Shown here piece after piece: positions 36,478 to 46,499 of a stretch of DNA of 64,000 nucleotides; within the stretch, counting starts at the first letter, position 1; each line of letters starts with the position of its first letter. The notes beneath the pieces were generated by a model. That model did not search any database, was not told where the DNA came from, and worked only from the letters and a program-made list of their open reading frames with translations. The position numbers and the translations under genes are program-made. This DNA comes from Neoechinorhynchus agilis (lineage: Eukaryota > Animalia > Acanthocephala): assembly GCA_051530055.1 (NCBI GenBank), contig CM121341.1:12006784-12070783 (forward strand), in the 5' to 3' direction.

Positions 36478-37688
36478 AAGTGTATAGTGTTGTTTGACTG
36501 TAACAAAATCCATCAACTCAAACAGCTTTGGCCAACTAAGACATTTGATTTTACTTTTGATCGCTTATCTGATAGGCTTCTGTGACTGTGAATAGCTCGC
36601 ATTTTCTCCTTTTCCTAGCCGCCGGAATGCTTCTAGGACTCATTGATTATGAACCAAATTGATTCGCAACATTAAGAACGCGACTTTGCGATGAATGACC
36701 TTACGAGCATATTTATTCCTGATCTTTAGCATCTAATGGGTTGCAGAACCGGTATTAAATGGCACGGAGCTTAACTGCGTTATTAGTTACACCATGGGAA
36801 TACGGCTGATAGCATCAAGTATCTCATACTTGGCAGGAATTTGATAGATAGGCTCCCGAATCCTGAGCATCCTAAAAATCGAAACATTAGGCCGTATTGT
36901 CATCCTAATCCACGAAATATTCTTTGATTCATCGTTTATTTTAATTCATCTACTCGCTTTAATGATGGTCTTCAATGTGAATCGTCGTAGATTCGTTCAC
37001 TTCGAAACACAGCCACAATCTTTTCACTAATGTTATTCATAGCCGTATCCACATCGAATGATTCCATGGATGCTAGCCAACGTCAGATGTCTTCAAAATA
37101 TGCTACCATATATTTCAAAATTGATCAATGAACCTAGCAGCGTGAGCAATTACGACGTGAGTTTCTTTTCCTAAAAAAACGCATTCACGACGACCAATGA
37201 AGTTATTTGTTCTCCATTTGTTGTCCTGGATGATCCAATTCGATTCAAGTCAAGTAGAGATACACCGGTCCTCCATTTATCGAATCTTGGATGTCATTTT
37301 TTCCCAAAGTCAAGGTTAGTGCGTTTGTTTTTTTTTGAATGGACTAATCAGCTTAGCGAGAGTGCACCTCCTTATGAATATTAAATCATGAAGATCAACA
37401 CTATCGATCGCTTTAGAATTCCATAAACGAATATCTATAGCTATGGATGGCGAAGGAGATTACAATCTTATCATTTGTCGCGTGGATCCAAAATGGCATT
37501 GTGTTCAATTGCGAAACCTGACGCTTATGTGTGTGGCACATCAAGTCGAATTTCTGGGGTTATTAACGCGCATAAACATCTTGCTTCCAGCAACAACAGA
37601 TTAACTACTATCGCAATGCCAATATAAAAGCATCTCCCGTATGGAACGGCGTTCTCTCTCTTTCTAACAGACATCTGCCATTGCGCTC

Positions 37689-39396
37689 ATGGCACCACCG
37701 ACACACGATCAAATCCAGTCTATAATCGAAAAAAAGCTATCACCCGATCAAGTCAAATCATTAATCGCTGATTTTGTTAAGGATTTAAGCGACCTCGATA
37801 TCTTGTCAAACTTCCTCCTGGCCGCTAATGTTACTTATCAACAGTTACTAGCTGTAATCAATGGGCAATATGACATTAAGCAAACAGTTACCAAGGAAAA
37901 GGACGGTAAGTTGAAACGGTCATGTTTAAAAACTTGGAGGATTGCTTAATTTTCTCCGGAAATGCGACCTTGTCAATTTCCAACATTTTGACACTGCGAA
38001 TACGTTCAAACCCGATTTGACTTATGAGATCCTTTTCGCTCTTAAATTCAATTCTGCGAGAACGCCTTGTAGCCTGTTTTTGTAATAACTTTCTCAACTG
38101 CACTTCATATTTTTAATGTGAACTTCGCCTTTTATTTACCTTTTTATATCAAATTATCTCTTTTATGGCATGACTGATTCCAATGATAGTGAGAAGAAAT
38201 CGATATCGATAAATTTCGATCTGTCCGGAATCCCAGAAACCACACTCGATAAGACAAAGAACGAATACGGTGACGGCGTCTTGAAGAAGATCTTGGAAGC
38301 CAAAGATGGTGCTCTTCGTAAACGACTTTTAAAAGGCATTGTGCCGGATGCAGACCTTGATGAAATTTGTAAGCTCATTGAGCAAAAGAAGAGTATAACC
38401 GATTTGGGTGCATTGGAGGCAGTTCTTGCACATGAGTATACATTATCAAAAGGCGCTCTAACATTCAAGAAACCTCTGGACCTTATCCGTGATCCAAAAA
38501 CGCGTAAGATTGATGAAGAGCAGTTGACACTTATTCAGAATAAAGGATACACTCCACACCAGTTGGTTCGCCTGTTCAACAACCAGTTTAACGTTGGAGA
38601 AATAAAAGCCTTGTTTTCCTCATCTCAAATCGGTCTTGATCAGCTGAAAGGTCTCTTAAATGGAAAATATGAAGTGCACAGACAGGAACTAGACGGTGGC
38701 AAAGGACAACTGATTGAACTTCGATTCCGACCGGAAAGTTATAAACAGTATTTAGAAGACATTTTGGCCGGTCGAGTGCCTCTGGAAAACGTTCTTCAGC
38801 TGTTTTCAAATCGATATGGACCTGAGGAATTGAGCGCAATTCTTGCTCTTAATCTCACTGCTCCACAACTCCATGCGTTGATTACAGGCGATTATGTAGT
38901 TGAGAGAGTTGATAATCCCGATGGAAGTTATAGTCTAAACATTACTTATAAGAAGGGAGCCGGGGATGTAACTGAGATCGAAGCTCCGCCGGATGCACCA
39001 GCGCAACCCGAAGAACCAGTTCAAAAGGATTCCTCTGCTGCGCCAAAACCAGCAGCTACTCAACCGATTAAGCAGGAGGTGGAGCCTACTCCAAAGGCAA
39101 GTAAGGCGGCGAAAGAAGAACCGTTAGTGGCTCCGGGCACAGCATCGCGTGCAAAGGACAGATTCCTTCATCCTGAACAAGTACCTATTGAGAAGACGAA
39201 ACTCGAAGAACCACAAAAGGTGAAGATTCCTGATTTCAGTAACGAGAAGGAGTGGGCAATCGAAAAGAGCAGTAAACTTAAGATCCCGGCCATGTTTGCA
39301 TCTGCCGCAAAGCCTAATTTCCATGCGAAGGCTGTAAAGCATCTCGGAAAAGACCAAATCAAAGGTTTTTACGATCTCGACAAGAAGAAGCATTAG
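37689..39396 (+). CDS. Orphan protein with internal repeats and a P/A/E/K-rich tail
   Basis: An 86-aa ORF (donor GTAAGT near 37907) and a 408-aa ORF share the motif QLxA(L/V)IxGxYx(V/I)...DG. Confidence 0.75.
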
Positions 39397-40164
39397 ACTG
39401 GATGTTCTTTGAATTTTTATAGATTTTCTTCATTAGATTCGTGCGGTTTAGGTGGTGCGCTCTCAAGAAAGTGGGCTTGTAGATGGGGGAATGGTCTTTT
39501 GATTTTAGCTAAAATTTCCTTCAGGATATAGCAGCCAACAGTGTCGATGGTTTCTGAAAAACAGTCAACGGGCGCTTTTGAGGATATGTTCGGTTTATCC
39601 AGAAGCAGTGGAACAAAGAAGGAAACTGAATGACTCGATCATAAAGTCGTGTTCGTCTCCCGTGTTAGTTGTTCGAACTTTCAACAAACAAGGCTGAAAT
39701 AATGGCAATAATTGTGATCAGAGTATTATTGGATACTCTTAAGCGTCAGTTTACTTCAAACTAAATAATATTCTTGTGATCGGAGCATCTTTAATGAAAC
39801 GCATGTCACGTTTGATTTTACCATTGTTTATTTGGCACAACACCGATTGTTCCATTCAAGTTGAAAAATCTAAACCTACGCACTGTTCCTACTTCAGAGT
39901 TGCCTTTAAAAATTAAGTTATCACCACCATGATTTAAGAAGATAAGACGAGACGGGCGACTTAGCAATACGTCGTCGTTTGCTACAATTCAATCCATTTA
40001 AAATGTCTTATTTTTCAGCTTAAGTTTAGTATAATGACATAATATTTCCATTCGAACGTCCTTCAAACCATTTAAATAGCTACAATCAGAACTTAAATTT
40101 TCCAATTAGAAAAGTACCTAAAATTGAACGGGTTCGTCATTTTTTTCAGAACTCACTTCAAAAA

Positions 40165-42030
40165 TCATTTATCTTCAAACGTCCATAGTCCACATTTACG
40201 TTCCCCGCATATCTTGGCCTTATCCTTGCAACCATGACTTGATGGCCGTCCCAGAGTGATTGGTACAACGCTAAGGTCATTTAGACAAACGAGAACCAAT
40301 TGGCCCGTTTTCGAAAATTCTGGTACACATAATAGCAAGGTGTTGTCAACTATTTTGTATTGTACTTTTAACTGATTTCCGGCAAAGTAGACGTTTGGTG
40401 CTTTTGTTATGGTGAACGGTTCATGTGAATTGATTGGCAGGCACGCTAGAAGCATTGTAGTTTTTTCTCGCAGGTGAACTGAAACCTACGCAAAGTGTCC
40501 GGCGCAGTTGGGCATATATGCCCCCAGCGGAAAGTTTGCTCTATTATGTGTATCGAACCGTAATCGGGATCACTTTTTGTTTGATTCTGAATGTCCTTAA
40601 TATTTTGTCCAGAGGTTCCAATGAATCTTCAGTGGAATCGATTTAGGTAAAAAAATTAGTTTCAACTTACCTCAGTGGTCCAATGGAAAACTCGAATGGA
40701 TTAGTCACAAATTCACAATATCCTGCCAAGCAGCGATCGAAGAGGCAATGGTCCATTTCTCTTTGGGGCAACATAATGCTGGTTGGATCGTTTTCACCTG
40801 GCATCACGGTGACTCTTGTCTAACAAAAATGGTTGCTATTAAAAATAAAAGGAATGAGGCATACCGTTGTAAGTTGTGATAGAATGATGTCGAGATACTT
40901 TAAAGGGTCTACCGTGCTCGGTTTTGATTTCCTGAGGATATATGTCGCCTACTTGAATTATAAGTTATAAAGAAGGTGATTATAACGAGGAACGATTTAC
41001 CGTCGATCCAATGTTGCAATCTTTAGTGGAGATTCCAAGACTGTTACCAGCTACGACAATTAACGATAAGTTTGAAATCGACACTTCGGGCAGTATGTGC
41101 AAGTTAAAAAGCTTTCCAGTTAAGTAGTCTGCTCAAGCAGTTTGCAGTTCATTTCCGAGTTTCATGTGTACGGTGAGAAAATGAATTATCGACCGGTTTT
41201 ACTTATTTTAATGCGAACATTGCAATAATGAATATTTGCCGCATAATTTGGTTCATTGAAACAATTTGGATTAGTAATTTTATGCGTCTCAACGATTATC
41301 TATCTGGCTTAGAACAAAGCAAAAATGTGAGATTTAGATAAAAAGCACAGGTCTCTTAACCGCGCCCAGAATGGTACCTAAATTTGTCATAGTGCGAAGT
41401 ATAAATATCGATCAAAGTTCAAGAAGATATATCTTAAGCTCAGGAAAATGGAAAAGGCTGCAAACCGCTTGGATACAATAAGCTGACTGTTAAATAGATT
41501 TGGATTATCGTCACAAACGTTCAATCCCGAGACAAAAGCCACAAACATAAAGTTTTGATAAAATGTTGAGAAATCGACGAAATAAACCAAGTTACCTTCT
41601 CTCCGTGCCTAATCGTATTGATTCAACAGGTTGAGGAGGACAACCTTCTAGCATTTTACTGATATCCATCTTCCCGTGACTTGTTAGACGCCCAAAAGCG
41701 GCGCAAGGCACTCCTGTCATTAAGATATCTGACTTGTAGTTAAGCTGAACTCGTTGGAATTGATCCTCAAGCCAAATTTCATCATCGACATGCGTTGGTA
41801 GGAGCTGAGAAATCATTTGTGGTTCGTCCGAATCCACATACTCCTTCATGCAAAAAGTTAACAAATTAGAAGCTTTTTTAGGAAAACGATACCTGAGCTG
41901 CTATTGCGATATCCTTTAAGATCGAAGCCTTATGACTTGACTGACGATAGATTATTCCTACGACAAACCGATCCTCGTCCCTACTGAGACTTGGAATGTC
42001 GTATTGTGGAGCTTTGAAAAAAGAACACAT
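40165..42030 (-). CDS. POLD2: DNA polymerase delta subunit 2, multi-exon
   Basis: FVVGIIYR, IWLEDQFQRVQL, VVAGNS, MPGENDPTSIMLPQ, GTSGQNIKDI, WGHICPTAPDTL, PNVYFAGN, VPEFSKT. One exon is unresolved and an apparent TGA lies at 41133-41135. Confidence 0.92.
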
Positions 42031-42039
42031 TTATTGTTA

Positions 42040-43426
42040 TTAATTGCAAAATGGCCAGTCGAATTCAAGCGGTCTGCCCATCGTCTGAGATAGGACATCG
42101 GATGTAAATCTTTTCAAAAATATGGGATATTCATAACGTGCAAGTGCTCGTGCTGCTGCTACAGGAACCCATCCTCCGGGATTTAAATAGGCCACAAAAT
42201 ACAATCGAGTATGGACATTTTTCCTTCCAGTTCCAACGACCAACGTTTCGCAAGTCAAAGCAAAGTCAACGTCAGCCCTAACAAATTGATTGTTCATCGG
42301 TGCATCTCCATGATCAATAGATTTGTTCACTACTATCCAAACGGGCATCTGATTTTTCTTCGAAGAATCGGAATCCATATTTTGCGTGATGTGAGATACG
42401 TAGCAAATGTCCCTTGGTTTACATGGCCAAATTCTTTTGTGAGTCTGATATTTAACCAGAGTGGTCGTACTTATTTGTTCAATCACGCGTACGGTGTCCA
42501 AAGTGCTGTCCCATTGATTGGCTTTTTCCGGTGACCAAAAGTTATGACATTTTAGTGCTCACAATTAAAAAGATCGAAAGCGAAGAATACTACGGGGTTA
42601 GAAGCATTTACAAAACAAAGTAAAAATAGCAATGTTCAAGAGTCAAGAATTTGCTTTTATCTCATTTAAAGTTAGAATTTAGAAAATAAGTTCCACTGCG
42701 CTTAAGATATAAGAAACCAAGTAGGGTATTTGGAATTCCGATAACGAGTGAGAATTCAAAAATCTAAGGCACATTTTATGATCACTTTAGGATCCAAACA
42801 ATTCTAATCCATTATTTAAATGAATGACTTAAAATTACCAAAGGACTCGGAGTGATAAAATTCACTTTAAAGCTCGCCTTCTTATATACGGATGAACTCT
42901 TGCACAAAAACCGTTAAATGGAGCGATTGTTATAGTCGTGAGCACGTAGCTCATAACCAGTCACCCCTTGCAGAATCATCTGAATTTTAAAAGAGTCCCT
43001 CACAATACCATCGATTAGCCGTTCCCTCGAATACATTCTAAACTCGTTCTTCGGTTCACTTGAAACGCATTTCCATTCGCCGCATTCGACTCGATCTTTT
43101 ACGATGTGTTCAGCAGTAGCGTTTCTGATAATCTCGAATACAGTATCGGTATCTTCACTTTGTGATTGAAAGGACAAAGCTGAAATCATTACGGTATTTA
43201 TGGCAAAAAGAAGACCGCGAATCCGACTGGAATAAAATTGTCATGACAACAAACACCTACGCATTGTAACGCTTTCACGTTCAAAATATGCCCTTAAAAG
43301 CTGTTGGTAGTGATCGAGTCGAGTTCTGTAAATGCTTCGATAATGCTCCTCAACCCTTACGTTACATGAAATATCCTTGAATCTTTCACTGAGGTTGCGA
43401 TATTCGAATCCGGGTGCCGATGGCAT
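42040..43426 (-). CDS. CERT1: CERT/STARD11-like START-domain protein
   Basis: MYSRERLIDGIVRDSFK, QGVTGYEL, CHNFWSPEKANQWDST, YQTHKRIWPCKPRDICY, NPGGWVP, REYPxFLKRFT-like end. Confidence 0.88.
42555..42946. mobile_element. About 390-bp TIR element forming a CERT intron
   Basis: Minus-strand ends GTGCTCACGACTATAACAATCG ... CGATCTTTTTAATTGTGAGCAC (imperfect inverted repeat of about 22 bp), between GYEL and CHNFW. Confidence 0.7.
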
Positions 43427-43829
43427 TATCTAGAATAAGCTCAAATGGAGTTCTTAATTTCTAACGATCCATTATTGGTTTAGAAAAATCATCAGATTAA
43501 TCTTGTCTCAAGGTAAAGCTCTAAATATCCCACGGAGATTTTCAAGAAACGGACGATGCTTTCTGCTTTTATAGTCAGGCCGCGTAATTGTGACTGGACA
43601 CAAATCAAAGAAAACTGAAATCATCCATTTAAAAGACCTACAAAATCTAAGTATTCACTTCTTCCTTTGCCTTTTCTCGCGGGACCTCGCAAGCATAGTA
43701 AAACAAGTGGATCTTTGAGTTGTCCTTGATGTCTCCAAGGTTTGAGATTTCGCTCACCGTGGTTCAGGTCTCCCACATCCGTGCTTGTAGGCATGTGAGT
43801 CCTTGAGTTTGTCTCGACGACTTTCGATG

Positions 43830-44030
43830 GCTTGTTTTCCAATCATCGGCTTGTAAACACAAATAATGATCATTCTATGTGATGAGTCTTATGATTCCAT
43901 CAAAAATTCAATTGATGCTCTTGGTCGCTTAAATTGATTTTAGTCAACTAAGAGTATATTTAGCTCTAAAAATGAAGAAGCGAGTATTTTTATGGCGATA
44001 ATCTCGAAAAATTGCAATAAGAATTCAGAT
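43830..44030 (-). pseudogene. Stop-interrupted PH-domain-like remnant upstream of the START exons
   Basis: RHKNTRFFIFRAKYTLS*LKS and NDHYLCLQADDWK(+1)QAIESRR resemble the first and last parts of the CERT PH domain. Confidence 0.45.
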
Positions 44031-44119
44031 AATTAGCTTCTATACAAGAAAAGAATCAAAATTTAAAAGGCATAAATTTTTTGTCAATATATGAGGTGTC
44101 GGGGTATAGGATTAGGATT

Positions 44120-44420
44120 ATTGTTAATTACTTCACCCGGTTAATAACTATTTATTAAAGACGTTTCGAACCTCGTCGGGTTCATCATCAGTTCTAAAAT
44201 ACAACCGGATAAGTAATTATTTCGCTCTCACACGCGCTTATGGCTGATAGTGTTGTTTCATTTTGTTAGATATGGAGACACAGTTTGTAACCTCATTGGT
44301 CATTCATATCCGGTTTCTATTCTGATTGCAAATCTTCAACCGCAATTTTCGGTGCTGTGCTAACGAATTGATGAATTATATTCACACGAGGCTCTGTTCC
44401 TGATCAAGAACACCCTCTTA
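44120..44420 (-). mobile_element. Penelope-like 3' end with intact hammerhead motif
   Basis: KPDMNDQ*GYKLCLHI* (degenerate GIY-YIG end), then CTGATGA-T-GAACC-cgacga-GGTTC-GAAA-CG-TC (44160-44191). Confidence 0.75.
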
Positions 44421-44459
44421 ATTCCAAAATTGTTGCATAAGCTGCGTACAGCACCTTTT

Positions 44460-45190
44460 TTAAACATAAAGATAAGCTGGAAAAATTAGACGAGATAGTG
44501 AAAGCCTCTCTCTAAAATATTTGAAATACTCAGCCGTCGGACGAGGCCTGGCGTCAAGCGTGCTTGCGTTTGTCGTCCGGCTGTTTGGGTATCCGAAAAG
44601 TAGCCGATATTTCTGTGCTAGCTTATTTGGGATCGTATGAAGCAAGCCGCAAAATAGTTCAATCCTTCCTTGGCGAGAATTACACATTGGATGAAGATTT
44701 CGTGGAGGCGCTTAATCTTTGGTGTGGAGATTCAGGTAGCGAACAGGTACCCGTCAATGGTTGCAAACAATTAGTTTGGGACTCACCCCTGGTTGCGAGA
44801 ATTCACAACTCTTTAATTTCAGATTCTCGTGACCTGGTGAACCGAACTCGATTAGCGGCAGTCTCTACAAGAGAATCGGGTGCTTGGCTCAACGCTATCC
44901 TAATCGCTTCTGTGGCTATCCTTCTCTCCGACGAGACAGTAAGGATTGCAGTGTCCATGAGACTTTTGGTACCGATGTGCACATCCCATCGCTGCCGTTG
45001 CGGAGCGACAGTGGAACCATCGAGGCGCCATGGTCTCGTCACGACACGCCACTGGCGATCAGAGGGCAGGAGCATTCCTCCTGCAAAACATAAGTCTGGC
45101 TATGCAACGAGGGAACGCTGCATCCGTCCTTCCGACCGTTACACCAAAGCGGCAACTGAGTGATCCAGAGCGGTGGTGTGAATGATTTCA
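44460..45190 (+). mobile_element. CRE-like non-LTR retrotransposon 3' part, internally deleted
   Basis: AWRQACLRLSSGCLGIR, KQLVWDSP, SGAWLNA, RIAVSMRL, HRCRCGATV, then joined in another frame to AFLLQNISLAMQRGNAASVL. Confidence 0.8.
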
Positions 45191-45429
45191 TGTCTGAAAA
45201 ATTCAGTTGAAAAAAATTAAGCGTCACCACCTTCTGGATCTTGGACCGTTTATATTTTGCCAATCTCGTCTTTAGATTCGGGCCTGTTTCTCAATTGCAA
45301 ATTGCTGTGTTGCATTTGAGAATTCCTATCAGCACAGAAGGTCGCAAATATGCGGGCCCATGCGCGGCACTCCAATGCGTAGATCCATTCGATTCGGGTC
45401 CATGAATGTTTATTTTGACTGGGTGTTCT

Positions 45430-45790
45430 TCACACGGTCCACTTGCTATGGTGTTGAAGTAAGAACAATTTTTGGGTACCCAACTTGGTGAAAATTCGCT
45501 TCAACTGTTGGATTTTGTCGCTGAAGCAACCCTCGTTGCAGATGTTGTATGCACAATGCAGAAAGTCTTTGAATATACCAACTTTGGTGCTCTTGTTGTG
45601 GGCATTGTGCCTAAGTATATAATTATTTGTTCCAGTTGGTTTTTTGTAGACCGGTGTAGTAATTCGTGTTCAATTTTTTGATTCAATACATCTAGAAGCG
45701 ACAACCTTCCATTTTCATCCGACCTATTCATAGTGGATTTGATTCTATTATATTGGTTGCAATTTCGATCAAACAATGTTTTTAGCAACT
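45430..45790 (-). mobile_element. Penelope-like RT thumb fragment
   Basis: NQYNRIKSTMNRSDENGRLSLLDVL ... frameshifted GYPK, matching the PLE motif IKFTxExExNGxLPFLDV. Confidence 0.7.
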
Positions 45791-46060
45791 GAACAAAATA
45801 CCTTTCAACACTTAATCAAGGAATCCTTCCTAATAAAAGAACAAAAACGGAATTTGAACAGTCAACGAGGTTACAAACTCTGCCTACAAAGCTAAAAAAA
45901 TTAAACACCACAATCAATGACAAGCGATTGCCAGAGCGGAATAACCATTTAACCATTAGCATTTTAGAACTGATGATGAACCCAACGAGGTTCGAAATGT
46001 TTTTAATAAATAATCATTTACCGGGTGAAGACCTAGACAATAAGTCTAAACATAAATTTT
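45790..46060 (+). mobile_element. Penelope-like GIY-YIG C-terminus plus pLTR hammerhead
   Basis: EQNTFQHLIKESFLIKEQKRNLNSQRGYKLCLQS*; CTGATGATGAACC..GGTTCGAAATGTT at 45970-46001; a further degenerate copy at about 46285-46316. Confidence 0.8.
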
Positions 46061-46499
46061 TGTTCTGTTTAATCATTTTTCGATATTTTAACGCTTTTCG
46101 ATTTGAATTGGTAATCGCTAATTAAGATCAAAACGCATTTTATACATTTCGTCCTTGATAAAAGGTTGCCTTGTTCCTTGTCACGAATAGGAGGGTTAAC
46201 TTAACACAAAATCTCAAAGATTGCTGGCTTATTTTCAAGTATATGGTCCAGATATATTTCGTGAGACTTCTCGCAAGCAACAAACTAATGATCACGCCAA
46301 CTAAGTTCGAAACGTTTTTGATAAAGAAAAGTTACTACCGGGTGAAGATCTAAATAATACTTTTGCTATTAAATCTGTTGCCTTGTTCTCTGTAAAGGAA
46401 AACCCGGTGAGTGTTCTGATTAACCCTCCAGATAGATTTCGATTGCTACACTCTCAATAGAAATTCCATCAACAACCTTATCTTAAGATTAATCTGGGA

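Noticed and set aside
36600-37680. Degraded minus-strand coding-like sequence (possible OB-fold or transposase relic)
   Set aside because: Too many stops and no diagnostic motif; cannot be supported without a search.
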